A stretch of DNA of 64,000 bases. Source: Candidatus Saliniplasma sp. (GTDB lineage Archaea; Thermoplasmatota; Thermoplasmata; Halarchaeoplasmatales; Halarchaeoplasmataceae). Below are positions 54,453-64,000 of the stretch, piece after piece (the first letter of the stretch is position 1; each line of letters starts with the position of its first letter). The stretch lies in contig JAWOGF010000066.1 in assembly GCA_046497075.1 (NCBI GenBank), positions 3,786 to 67,785 on the forward strand. Reading direction: 5' to 3'. The notes beneath the pieces are model-generated. The model saw nothing but the letters and a program-made list of their open reading frames with translations, was not told where the DNA came from and did no database searches. Both the position numbers and the translations under genes were made by a program.

Positions 54453-55709
54453 ATGTGGGACGCTAAAAAAGTTATGCTTCTTAGATTCTCATCATATGGG
54501 TTTTTAAAGAATCTCAGGTTTTTCGAGCCATTTCTTTACCTTTTCTTTTGGGCTAACGGATTAAATTATTTCCAGATAGGGGTTTTGATTTCGATTCGTG
54601 AAACGTCGACATTATTGATGGAGACTCCTACGGGGATAATTGCCGATCTAACCGGGAGAAGAAGGGCTATGGCGACGGCTTTTGCTTCCTATATATTCTC
54701 GTTTATCATATTTTATCAATTCAGTTCGTTCTTACTCTTTATCCCGGCAATGCTGTTATTCGCTTTAGGTGAAACTTTCCGTTCTGGCACTCATAAATCT
54801 ATGATAATGGAACATCTAGATAAAGAAGATATGTCGGGTAAAAAAGTCGAATATTATGGGAAGACTAGATCAGCCTCTCGATTGGGTTCGGCGGTCTCAG
54901 CGGTCATTGCCGGAGTAATCGTTTACTACTTCCAGAGTTACAATATCGTATTCCTTGTTACAGTATTCCCTTATATGCTTGCTTTCTTTTTGATGCTCAG
55001 TTATCCAAAAAGCCTCGATGGGGAGCCTTCTGGTGTTTCTTTTGAGAGCACTATAAAACATCTGAAAGATAGTTTTAGGCAATTTTTCGATCGTCCCGAA
55101 CTCGGCAAGATGATGGTCAACGCTTCGATCTACGATTCTTTCTTTAAGATATCCAAAGATTACCTTTCACCCATAGTGCATACTTTCGCAGTCAGTTTAC
55201 CTTTCCTGTTATACATCGAAAATCAGGACCAGCGAACTGCAATAATGGTAGGTGTAGTATATTTTTTCGTCTACATGAACAGTTTTGTCTCTTCTAGAAA
55301 ATCAGCGTCCTTGATGGAAAAAACTGGAAATATATCGAAAGCTCTGAATCTCCTGTACTTCATAATGGCTTCTGCGTTTTTAGCTGTCGCTTTATTTCTT
55401 CATTTCGATATAGCTTTCCTTGCTATCGCCGCATTTTTCTTTTTATTCACCTTATACAACCTGAGAAAACCGATGGTGGTGGGTTATCTAGGTGATATAA
55501 TAGAGCCAAACACTAGAGCGACACTCTTGAGCGGGCATAACCAACTTCGCTCGGTAGTAGGTATCGTGATAGCCCCAATACTCGGCTTTCTAGCCGATTC
55601 GTTCGGAATAAGCATGGCATTTTTCTTCGGAGCAGGAGTACTTATCGTCGTCGGTTTGATCCTCCCGGTAAAAGAGGTGTCTAAACGGGTCAAACGCGAT
55701 CATTCCTGA
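54453..55709 (+). CDS. MFS transporter
   Basis: 418 aa, about 12 TM helices. Loop motif GIIADLTGRRRAM between TM2 and TM3. Confidence 0.8.
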   Translation: MWDAKKVMLLRFSSYGFLKNLRFFEPFLYLFFWANGLNYFQIGVLISIRETSTLLMETPTGIIADLTGRRRAMATAFASYIFSFIIFYQFSSFLLFIPAMLLFALGETFRSGTHKSMIMEHLDKEDMSGKKVEYYGKTRSASRLGSAVSAVIAGVIVYYFQSYNIVFLVTVFPYMLAFFLMLSYPKSLDGEPSGVSFESTIKHLKDSFRQFFDRPELGKMMVNASIYDSFFKISKDYLSPIVHTFAVSLPFLLYIENQDQRTAIMVGVVYFFVYMNSFVSSRKSASLMEKTGNISKALNLLYFIMASAFLAVALFLHFDIAFLAIAAFFFLFTLYNLRKPMVVGYLGDIIEPNTRATLLSGHNQLRSVVGIVIAPILGFLADSFGISMAFFFGAGVLIVVGLILPVKEVSKRVKRDHS

Positions 55710-55720
55710 TTAGATCAATA

Positions 55721-56842
55721 TTATGCTTGAACTTTTACCAACCTGTACTCCCTGAACGCTCTGACCACCTTCATATAACCCTTATCTCGGATCATCTCGT
55801 TAAGTTCTTCATCACCGGTATCTGCTCTAAGATAAGGCGTTTTCTTCAATTTGGTCGGGGTCGCTAATATGTAGATATTGTTCAATCCAGCTCTCTTAAC
55901 GACCTCCGGACTGATCTGCTGGTTCCCCCGTCCCAAAAAGAAACCCTGGTTACCTATCATGGAAACTACTATCTTGATACCTGCAGCATCTTTAGCGCCC
56001 TCCAATATGTCTTTTTCAGTCACGTCCAGCTGGACTATTTCTTTGTTTTTCAAGATATCCACACCTAGTATCGTATGATCTATGTCCAAAACCTTCTGGA
56101 TCTCGGCTGTAGTTGAACCGGGACCCAGCACGAAGATATGATCTGGATAGTATTCAATTTCCTCGATAATGTAACTGGCGATCTCATACTTCATCTCGTC
56201 TTCTTCCACAGACCTGAAACTCTGTTTACCTAACTGAATGTAGTGTGGTTCGTAGATACTCTTGGCTTCTCCGTGTAACTTAATCTCCCAAGTACCCTCC
56301 CTATACCTATCCTCATCTAGATCCATGATCTCAACTGTGCCGACATCAGCCTCCCCTTCAACAAAATCGTTGAACAATTGGGCACTAGATTCCGGATTGA
56401 CACCGAACACCCCACTGTGCATCTTAACACCGGCAGGGATCCCCAATATCGGCAACTTCGTTCCAACTTCTTCAAATACGTCCCTAGCGGTCCCATCCCC
56501 CCCACAGAACACTATCAATTCCACCCCTGCTTCTAAAAACTCTCTTACAGCTTTGTGAGTATCGTTGGATATCGTTTCCCCGATATCATCTTTTGGTGGT
56601 TCGTAGACGACATTTATTTCATCTTTAGGGAAGATCTTTTTGAGCGAATCTTCACCCATCGTGCCTTCTGCCGTGTACCATTGATGACCACTCTTGATAT
56701 TCCTTAGTGCTTTCTCAGCTCTTTCTTGAGCTACTGGTTCAGCTCCACGTTCCACAGCTTCTTCGTAAACACCGTCTGTTCCTTTCAAACCGACTCTACC
56801 TCCCATCCCGGCGATCGGGTTGATAACGAATCCTACCTTCAT
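55721..56842 (-). CDS. ATP-NAD kinase-like protein (COG3199 / AcoX-like)
   Basis: 373 aa. N-terminus VGFVINPIAGMGGRVGLKGTDG; later FCGGDGTARD. Confidence 0.75.
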   Translation of the reverse strand: MKVGFVINPIAGMGGRVGLKGTDGVYEEAVERGAEPVAQERAEKALRNIKSGHQWYTAEGTMGEDSLKKIFPKDEINVVYEPPKDDIGETISNDTHKAVREFLEAGVELIVFCGGDGTARDVFEEVGTKLPILGIPAGVKMHSGVFGVNPESSAQLFNDFVEGEADVGTVEIMDLDEDRYREGTWEIKLHGEAKSIYEPHYIQLGKQSFRSVEEDEMKYEIASYIIEEIEYYPDHIFVLGPGSTTAEIQKVLDIDHTILGVDILKNKEIVQLDVTEKDILEGAKDAAGIKIVVSMIGNQGFFLGRGNQQISPEVVKRAGLNNIYILATPTKLKKTPYLRADTGDEELNEMIRDKGYMKVVRAFREYRLVKVQA

Positions 56843-56925
56843 GTTCTCAAAATATAGTAGCTCCCTCTCAAAATAAGGTTTTTGGAAGCAAGAATATATT
56901 TATTAGTTATCAGGATTAAGTTCTT

Positions 56926-57549
56926 ATGAAGATCAACGAGATATTTTATTCACTGCAGGGAGAGGGTACCCAGATAGGACTACCCACCATATTCATCCGC
57001 ACCTCAGGATGTAATCTGAGATGCGAGTGGTGTGATACAAAGTATGCATGGGAAGCTGGGGAAGAATATACCGTTCAAGAAATCAAGAGCCAGATACGTG
57101 ATTATCCGGTGAAGAGAGTTTGTATAACCGGTGGAGAACCACTGATGCAGGATGATCTACTGGATCTTGTAGATGTACTGGGCCAAACATATGAAATTTC
57201 CATAGAGACCAACGGATCCTTGGATATAGAACAGATATCTAAAGCGGATGTCCACATATCTATGGATTACAAAACACCTTCATCCGGTATGTGTGGAGAG
57301 ATGAGGGATGAGAACATCGACTTTTTAAAAACCACTGACGTACTCAAATTCGTTATAGCCGATAAAGATGATTACGATTTCGCTAAAGAAACGATTAAAA
57401 AGCTAGACCCGCCTTCTGAGATAGTTTTCCAGCCTGTTCACGGCATCGAATTGAAAGACCTAGCGGAGTGGGTTATAGAAGACGGTATCGACGTCAGAGT
57501 TCTCCCGCAACTGCACAAACTGATATGGGGAGATAAAAAAAGTGTTTGA
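56926..57549 (+). CDS. queE: 7-carboxy-7-deazaguanine synthase QueE (radical SAM)
   Basis: 207 aa. Motifs EIFYSLQGEGTQIGLPTIFIRTSGCNLRCEWCDTKYAW and ITGGEPL. Confidence 0.9.
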   Translation: MKINEIFYSLQGEGTQIGLPTIFIRTSGCNLRCEWCDTKYAWEAGEEYTVQEIKSQIRDYPVKRVCITGGEPLMQDDLLDLVDVLGQTYEISIETNGSLDIEQISKADVHISMDYKTPSSGMCGEMRDENIDFLKTTDVLKFVIADKDDYDFAKETIKKLDPPSEIVFQPVHGIELKDLAEWVIEDGIDVRVLPQLHKLIWGDKKSV

Positions 57550-57552
57550 ACG

Positions 57553-58941
57553 TCAATCACATAAGATATCTCTTTCCCTATATCCTTCACCAAGCTTCAC
57601 CAATCCGTTGACTGCTGCGACTCCATCCTCCGGTGTCTCATAAACAGGTATCCCTTGGTCTTCGAGTTTCTGACTCATCATATGGCTAAATTTCCCACCT
57701 GGAGCTATAGCTACTATGGGCTTGCCGTGCTTTTTCATGCTTACGGTTTTAGACACTATATCTTCACCGATAGCTGGTGAATGGAAAAGGAATACGACTA
57801 TCAACGCATCTAAGTTTTCGTCTTTCAAAACGATATCCATTGTGATCTTGTACCTTTCAGAAGTTGCGTCTCCAACTATATCTACGGGATTGTTAAATGA
57901 GGAATGGGTTGGAATCTTACCGGATTCGACAGCTTCTTTGAAATTCGCTCTTGTTTTTTTTGTGAATTCAGCTAATTCCAACCCTGACCAAACGAGAGAA
58001 TCGGCGCACATGACACCGACACCACCGCCGTTAGTTACAATTCCAATTTTGCCACCTTTCGCTTTTGGTTGAATTCTAAGAGCTCTTAATATCACAACTA
58101 GCTCTCGCACAGATTTCACCCGTAAAATTCCAGACTGCTTGAAAGCTGCATCGTACACCTCGTCCTTACCTGCTAGGGATGCTGTATGAGATGCCGCAGC
58201 GGATGAACCAGCACTTGTTCTACCGGATTTCAATGCAATGATAGGCTTGCTGCACTTTTTTGCAGCTTCCATGAACTTCCTCCCGTCTTTTAGCCCTTCA
58301 ATATAATATGTGATGAGCTCGGTTTCATCGTCTTCACTAATATACTCTATGAAGTCCGCTTCATCCAGGTCGGCTCTATTTCCATAACTGACAAATTTGC
58401 TTATACCTATGTCTCTTTCAGAGAACCAATCCAACATCGCAGCACCGAATGCCCCACTTTGAGACAGAAAAGCAACAGAGCCTTTTTTAGGACGGGACTG
58501 TCTTTCTGGAGGGTTAAAGATTGTATCCAATCCATTCTTAGAATTGTAGATGCCCAAACAATTAGGACCGAGGAACCTCACTCCATGTTCTCTAGCTATT
58601 TCAACGACCTCTTCTTCCAGTTCTACCTCACCGGCTTCTCTAAAACCTGCGGTAACTATGATCACGTTCTCTATGCCTTTTTCACCGCACTCTTTGATGC
58701 TCTGAGGGACGAATTTAGCGGGGATGGCTATTATAGCTAGATCGATCTCATCCCCGACCTCTTTCACAGAACTGTGTGCCTGGATCCCCATAACATCATT
58801 TTCTTTGATATTGATAGGATAGACCTGCCCATCAAACTTTTTAGTGATAGATTTCATGATAGCGTTGCCGACTTTGCCTTCTTTATTTGAAGCACCAACC
58901 ACTGCCACACCTTTTGGGTTGAACAAACTGTCCAGGTTCAT
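57553..58941 (-). CDS. ADP-forming acetyl-CoA synthetase (acyl-CoA synthetase NDP-forming), alpha subunit
   Basis: 462 aa. CoA-binding N-terminus LFNPKGVAVVGASNKEGKVGNAI; later GPNCLG and SQSGA. Confidence 0.85.
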   Translation of the reverse strand: MNLDSLFNPKGVAVVGASNKEGKVGNAIMKSITKKFDGQVYPINIKENDVMGIQAHSSVKEVGDEIDLAIIAIPAKFVPQSIKECGEKGIENVIIVTAGFREAGEVELEEEVVEIAREHGVRFLGPNCLGIYNSKNGLDTIFNPPERQSRPKKGSVAFLSQSGAFGAAMLDWFSERDIGISKFVSYGNRADLDEADFIEYISEDDETELITYYIEGLKDGRKFMEAAKKCSKPIIALKSGRTSAGSSAAASHTASLAGKDEVYDAAFKQSGILRVKSVRELVVILRALRIQPKAKGGKIGIVTNGGGVGVMCADSLVWSGLELAEFTKKTRANFKEAVESGKIPTHSSFNNPVDIVGDATSERYKITMDIVLKDENLDALIVVFLFHSPAIGEDIVSKTVSMKKHGKPIVAIAPGGKFSHMMSQKLEDQGIPVYETPEDGVAAVNGLVKLGEGYRERDILCD

Positions 58942-59065
58942 GATCTGTTTCCTACTGGCATCTATATGTAATCCATATATACATCTTTTGTTTATGATTA
59001 AAGGGTTAGGGGTTTGGGAAAATTATAAGTCTAGAATGTTTCAATAGGATTATTGAGAGAAAAAC

Positions 59066-62000
59066 ATGGATAGGAATGATTTTCTTTGCGTTGTGATTAT
59101 ATTTTTGTTATTGTTTAGCTTATTTAATGCAGGGTTTTATACCTATGATACTGATAGGTCTTATTTGTCATTGGACACATCTAGAGATGAGAAGTTATCA
59201 AACCAGAACACATCATCTAAACCAGAAAGAAACTATCATGAAAGAACAAATGTAGAGGTATCAGATGAGATACCCTACTGGAGAGATTACGGGAGATCAA
59301 TAGAGGAAATAATATCTCCCCCTCTTGGTACCAAGATGGAAACGTCTTATACTAATGATCCAACTCGGATTGATGATATTTCTATAAACCAGAAAGTCTC
59401 AGAATTCTCAGAGAGTAAAGATTCCAAACTTGAAGATTTTGAAAATCATCCCAGGATAACGGTCAATAATGATACGGAACTTAAAGAATATGCTGATATG
59501 TACGGCTGGCCGGGAGAAGGTACAGAAAACAGACCATATATGATACAGGGTTACGCCTTCGATGGGATGGGAGGAAAACACGCGGTCCATTTTGGGAATG
59601 TCAATGATCATTTCGTCTTAAAGGAGAACTATATCTACAATTCAACAGCCTTTATGGGAGCCGGGTTGGTTTTATCTAGTACTCAGAATGCCATTATTGA
59701 AGATAATATCTTTATAGAAAATGAAAACGGTCTAGATATATGGGGTTCTTCGAACAACACAATCGAGGGGAACGATATTTCACAAAACCAAGTTAATGGG
59801 ATACTCATAGAAGGAGGGATTTATAACAATATCAATAACAATACCATATCGGATAACGATGAAGGTGCGGTTCTTTTCAACACTGAGGAGAACAATCTAG
59901 GACATAACACTATTACCGATAATCGGTTTGGGATATCCTTAGTAGAAAACAGTGAAAAAAATAATATTTCAGCAAACACCATAGAGGGTAGTCAAAAAGG
60001 TATAACTTTACAACATTCAGACGGTAATATTTTAGAGGAAAATTCAGTTTCAGAAGGGAGTATAGGCATCAGTATAACGTCGTCGTCACGGAATCATATA
60101 AACGGTAACATAATCGAGGGTTCGGAGGATGGAGGGATAGTTCTCACCTCCACCTTTAGTACCGTGATATCCAGCAACTCTATGGAGGAATGTGGTTTGT
60201 TCATACAGGGTAATATTCTCGATCATTACAATACCCATGAAATAGATATCGAAAATACGGTTAATAGTGAACCCGTTCACTATCTTAAAAACCAAAATGA
60301 AGGTAGTGTTCAATCGCCGGCGGGACAGGTGATCCTTGCAAACACTACGGGTGTTCAAATACAAGGATTGGATGTTAGTAATGGATGTATAGGTCTGCAT
60401 CTTGCGTATTCAGAAGATAATATTTTAGTTGATATCGTTTCTAGTTCGAACAACAGATACGGACTGGTATTGGAGAACTCCGATATGAATCTAGTAAAGA
60501 AAAGTTCCTTTCAGAGAAATCAAGAGGGTCTAAGTATCCATGATTCATTGGATAACACCTTTTTAAATAACAGTGTTTCTGATAATTCCGGTGGTTTCGT
60601 CCTTTCGCACTCTACCAATAATCAGTTGGTCAATAATACCGTTGACGTTAACCAGAACGGGATCGATATATGGGATTCTGACAATGTCAAATTAGAGAGT
60701 AATTTGGTCCTAAATAACACTCGATATGGTGTGATCTTATCAGAATCAAAAAACAGTCTGCTTAGAGAGAATGCTTTGGAAGGGCATGGCGTATTCTTAG
60801 AAGGGGCTTCGAAGGAATATTGGAACACTCATGAGATAGACCACAGTAACACTGTCAATATGTCCCCGATCCACTATTCAAAGAATGATACGGGAGGAGA
60901 GGTGCCAGTCGATGCAGGACAGGTGATACTGGCTAACAGTACTGAGATATCTATCGAAGATCAGAATTTAAGCGAGGTTTGTGTGGGCTTACTCTTAGGT
61001 TTTTCTGACAATAATACGATATCAAATGTCAACACTAGTCAGAATGGTTTTTACGGGGTCCGTTTAGAGCATTCGGATAACAATACAATCAAGGATAGTG
61101 ATATATCGGAGAGCTCTGATGGGATCAATATCAGAAGTTCGAACTTTAATAATATCCGGAATGTGACCATTTCAGACCATTATAGAGGTATAATAATATG
61201 GGATGGCAGCCATAGTAACGAGGTCATCGATAGCAGAAATACCAACAATAGACATGGAATCTACATATATCAATCAAACAAGATCTCTATCGAAGATAAT
61301 AACATCTCTGAAAACGATGCAAGTGGAATATCGATGTCATCTTCAAACGGAATTAGTATAGTGAATAACGAACTGTGGAAGAATGAAGAAGCTGTTTCTA
61401 TGTCATCATCTAGCGGTAACCTGCTGAAGGAAAATAATTTGAATTCTAGTGGTATCCTCATCGATGGACAGTCGATTCAACACTGGAATACTCATGTAAT
61501 AGACACAACTAATATTGTCGATGGGTTTCCGATATATTATCTGAAGAATGAAACTCAAGGGGAGATCCCCTCAGATGCTAGTCAGGTAGTATTGGCAAAC
61601 TGTTCGCACATAGATGTACATGGACTAGATTTGAATAATGTAAGTATAGGGATACAAATGGGTTTTTCTGATAATAACACTGTCTCTAACAATTTGCTTA
61701 AGGATAATCTCAACTCAGGTCTTCAGATAGTCGACTCTCATGGTAATGTTATCAGGGATAACCAAATTTTGAGAAATGGATACGGTTTTGAGATACGAGG
61801 GTCTACAGAAAACCATGTCTACGAGAATGGTTTTGAGGATAATATACAAGCTATTTATCTATGGAGTTCCGATATCAACGATATAAAGAATAATAATATC
61901 CTTGAAAATGAAAAAGCAGTTTATCTTTTCTCATCTAATAATAATGTACTTAATAACAACACGATCCTAGAAAATTTGGACCATGCATTTTTTATACGAA

Positions 62001-64000
62001 ATTCGCAGTATAATCGATTATCTAATAACACGATATCAGAAAATAACGAATATGGGATAGGATTGGACTCATCAGAAATGAATACTTTGGAGAACAATGA
62101 GGTCAGTTTCCATGAAGATGGAGTTATAATAGATGATTCAGAGAGGAATGTTATTATCAATAATACTGTGACAAATACTAATCGATTCGGTATATACCTT
62201 GGCAATTCACAATTGAACACAGTTGGTTTCAATGACATATCGAACAATCTCTATGGTATCTGGTTATATGCTTCAGATGAAAATCATATTCATGATAACT
62301 CGTTCAACATAGAAAAAGATAGGAACAATGAAGATAGTAAGGATAAATATGATCCAGAGAGCGTTATCCTAAGATTTGATACGGATATCCATCAAAGATT
62401 GGACTCTAGAAAAGATGTTGAAGAGATATTGGAGAAAAAGGCGGATAATCTGGCTAGTAAGGTCAATGGTAGAACTTCCCGTGTTTATCCCGCTGTAAAC
62501 GGTGCGGAGATATCTCTCGGAGGGGATATCTCAGTAGAAGAAGCCATCAATAGACTTTCATCGATGTCTGAGGTCCTATATGCAGAACCGAATTATCTTA
62601 TAGAACTCGCAGAGGACACAACTTCAAAAGATACTGCTTCAAACACCATACCCGATGACCCTGGGTACGATTCATTATGGGGTATGGATAAGATCGATGC
62701 ATCGAGTGCATGGAATCAGACTACCGGAAGTGAAGAGGTGGTGATAGGTATCATAGATACTGGTATCGATTATCACCATGAGGATCTTGTTAAAAACATG
62801 TGGGAAGACAAAGAGGGGTATCACGGTTATAACGCGGTCAACGAGTCCTATCATCCCATAGATGGCCACGGCCATGGAACACACGTAGCTGGGACCATAG
62901 GTGCTGTTGGAGATAACGAATTAGGGGTTGTAGGGGTTAACTGGAACGTCAGTCTCATGGCTTTGAAGATGTTCGATGATAGCGGTTCTGGAACCATCGG
63001 TGACGCTGTTGCCTGTCTAGAGTATGTTTTGGAGCAAAAAGAAAACGGTGTTAATGTGGTGACTACTAGTAACAGCTGGGGTGGGCCTGGAAGGAGCGAG
63101 ATGATGTACGAAATCATAGAGGAACATAGGGATGCCGGAATATCCATGGTTGCAGCAGCGGGTAATGACGGTGAAAACAATGATCAAGAACCGACCTACC
63201 CTGCTAATTACGAACTGACCAACGTGATATCAGTAGCCGCTACCGATGAAGATGATGAGTTAGCGTCCTTTTCGAACTACGGGGAAAATAGTGTACATGT
63301 AGCTGCTCCAGGAGTTGATATCAACAGTACTTGGATGAACGACAGATATGAATATGCTAGTGGTACTTCTATGTCTACACCTCATGTTTCAGGGCTCATA
63401 GGACTACTTTCTGCATATGATCCTTCTTATGATCATACCAACCTAAAAAATATAGTCCTTTCTTCAGGAGATAGACCCGGGTCTATCGAGGATCTCATAC
63501 TAACTGAAAGAAGGATAAATGCTTCGAACGCTATAGAAACATCTCCAGATCCTGATGAACCTTACTTTTGGATGCACCGACCCACCAACATGTCAGAACA
63601 TTCAGTTACATCTGAGACAGATATCATGGTTTCTTTAACGGACGGGGTGGACCCAATACATGAAGCAGAAGTTTATGTGGAGTTCAGCACCGATGAGGAT
63701 AAACTATACTTGGAAGATGATGGATCGGGTAGTGACGAACCGGGAGATGGATATTATACGGGCACCTGGATCCCTACGAATTTTGGAGTAGTCGAATTGG
63801 AGATCACAGCACAGGTGGATGACTGGCAGGAAACTAGAAATGTTTCTGTTTTTGTATTTGGAGGGAGAACCGGGATATCATTACATTCTTCGGACCAGAA
63901 CAAGATAATGGGTAATCAGATCTCTCGAAAAAATCGGAGAGGTTTGGAAGTCCAAAATTCTGAGAAAAATGAAATAATGTCCAACAATATATCAGGTAAT
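59066..64000 (+). CDS. Giant secreted/surface protein (more than 1,645 aa, 3' end beyond the window): signal/anchor, four parallel beta-helix (NosD/PbH1-like) modules, internal subtilase propeptide plus S8 catalytic domain, Ig-like spacer, then further beta-helix repeats
   Basis: Not in the ORF track because there is no stop in the window. In-frame TGA at 59054, first ATG at 59066, then 1,645 sense codons by my manual translation. N-terminus MDRNDFLCVVIIFLLLFSLFNAG. PbH1-like repeats follow the pattern NNxIxxNxxGIxLxxSxxN. S8 triad: IIDTGID (Asp codon 62756-62758), GHGTHVAG (His codon 62873-62875), GTSMSTPHVSG (Ser codon 63368-63370). Confidence 0.85.
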   Translation, partial: MDRNDFLCVVIIFLLLFSLFNAGFYTYDTDRSYLSLDTSRDEKLSNQNTSSKPERNYHERTNVEVSDEIPYWRDYGRSIEEIISPPLGTKMETSYTNDPTRIDDISINQKVSEFSESKDSKLEDFENHPRITVNNDTELKEYADMYGWPGEGTENRPYMIQGYAFDGMGGKHAVHFGNVNDHFVLKENYIYNSTAFMGAGLVLSSTQNAIIEDNIFIENENGLDIWGSSNNTIEGNDISQNQVNGILIEGGIYNNINNNTISDNDEGAVLFNTEENNLGHNTITDNRFGISLVENSEKNNISANTIEGSQKGITLQHSDGNILEENSVSEGSIGISITSSSRNHINGNIIEGSEDGGIVLTSTFSTVISSNSMEECGLFIQGNILDHYNTHEIDIENTVNSEPVHYLKNQNEGSVQSPAGQVILANTTGVQIQGLDVSNGCIGLHLAYSEDNILVDIVSSSNNRYGLVLENSDMNLVKKSSFQRNQEGLSIHDSLDNTFLNNSVSDNSGGFVLSHSTNNQLVNNTVDVNQNGIDIWDSDNVKLESNLVLNNTRYGVILSESKNSLLRENALEGHGVFLEGASKEYWNTHEIDHSNTVNMSPIHYSKNDTGGEVPVDAGQVILANSTEISIEDQNLSEVCVGLLLGFSDNNTISNVNTSQNGFYGVRLEHSDNNTIKDSDISESSDGINIRSSNFNNIRNVTISDHYRGIIIWDGSHSNEVIDSRNTNNRHGIYIYQSNKISIEDNNISENDASGISMSSSNGISIVNNELWKNEEAVSMSSSSGNLLKENNLNSSGILIDGQSIQHWNTHVIDTTNIVDGFPIYYLKNETQGEIPSDASQVVLANCSHIDVHGLDLNNVSIGIQMGFSDNNTVSNNLLKDNLNSGLQIVDSHGNVIRDNQILRNGYGFEIRGSTENHVYENGFEDNIQAIYLWSSDINDIKNNNILENEKAVYLFSSNNNVLNNNTILENLDHAFFIRNSQYNRLSNNTISENNEYGIGLDSSEMNTLENNEVSFHEDGVIIDDSERNVIINNTVTNTNRFGIYLGNSQLNTVGFNDISNNLYGIWLYASDENHIHDNSFNIEKDRNNEDSKDKYDPESVILRFDTDIHQRLDSRKDVEEILEKKADNLASKVNGRTSRVYPAVNGAEISLGGDISVEEAINRLSSMSEVLYAEPNYLIELAEDTTSKDTASNTIPDDPGYDSLWGMDKIDASSAWNQTTGSEEVVIGIIDTGIDYHHEDLVKNMWEDKEGYHGYNAVNESYHPIDGHGHGTHVAGTIGAVGDNELGVVGVNWNVSLMALKMFDDSGSGTIGDAVACLEYVLEQKENGVNVVTTSNSWGGPGRSEMMYEIIEEHRDAGISMVAAAGNDGENNDQEPTYPANYELTNVISVAATDEDDELASFSNYGENSVHVAAPGVDINSTWMNDRYEYASGTSMSTPHVSGLIGLLSAYDPSYDHTNLKNIVLSSGDRPGSIEDLILTERRINASNAIETSPDPDEPYFWMHRPTNMSEHSVTSETDIMVSLTDGVDPIHEAEVYVEFSTDEDKLYLEDDGSGSDEPGDGYYTGTWIPTNFGVVELEITAQVDDWQETRNVSVFVFGGRTGISLHSSDQNKIMGNQISRKNRRGLEVQNSEKNEIMSNNISGN
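60224..62302 (+). repeat. Three tandem protein-level modules (about 198, 221 and 274 aa) of the giant ORF, each opening with a conserved junction motif
   Basis: Junctions at 60224 (HYNTHEIDIENTVNSEPVHYLKNQNEGSVQSPAGQVILAN), 60818 (YWNTHEIDHSNTVNMSPIHYSKNDTGGEVPVDAGQVILAN) and 61481 (HWNTHVIDTTNIVDGFPIYYLKNETQGEIPSDASQVVLAN). Confidence 0.75.

Noticed and set aside
59408-63180. Seven short minus-strand ORFs listed in the track between 59.4 and 63.2 kb
   Set aside because: They are antisense shadows of the giant plus-strand ORF (59066 to beyond 64000), which has clear beta-helix and S8 protease motifs.

Overview
This is an AT-rich archaeal chromosomal segment, judged by eye; no statistics were computed. 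Archaeal markers are the r-protein set eS4, eL32 and eL19, aSUI1, Rpp29, Cbf5, Pth2 and an intron-bearing tRNA. The O6-alkylguanine-transferase/endonuclease V fusion points toward a Thermoplasmata-like euryarchaeon, but that is inference only. The core, about 12.98-28.67 kb, is the conserved ribosomal-protein superoperon (L3-L4-L23-L2-S19-L22-S3-L29-SUI1-Rpp29-S17-L14-L24-S4e-L5-S14-S8-L6-L32e-L19e-L18-S5-L30-L15-SecY-DUF106-Cmk-Cbf5). The 5' flank (minus strand) carries a glycosyltransferase, an MBL hydrolase, an epimerase, a 4-subunit 2-oxoacid:ferredoxin oxidoreductase, a CPBP protease, an acyl-CoA ligase and TrmI. The 3' half is a mix of housekeeping and accessory genes. It has three tRNAs: Ser(GGA) with an intron, Phe(GAA) and Val(CAC). 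It also has a MATE/MarR pair with an obvious double palindromic operator, an AcnX dehydratase pair whose small subunit is fused to Nudix and coupled to an MtnA-like isomerase, and a Cas4-like nuclease interrupted by four TM helices. A convergent cyanophycin synthetase/cyanophycinase pair (cphA/cphB) is unusual for an archaeon. Further genes include an Asp racemase, Pth2, DUF99, a glyA-glnA-glutaredoxin-FTR/rubredoxin string, GNATs, PAP2, MFS, QueE and the ACD alpha subunit. Two real genes run off the window edges and are missing from the supplied ORF track. One is a glycosyltransferase at 1-817 (minus strand). The other is a giant ORF of more than 1,645 aa at 59066-64000 (plus strand) encoding tandem parallel beta-helix modules with a complete subtilase (propeptide plus S8 domain) embedded in the middle. 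Ribosomal protein S14 (48 aa) is also missing from the track. No CRISPR array, transposase, integrase or rRNA was seen. All functional calls rest on reading motifs in the translations and on gene order; no database search could be run.
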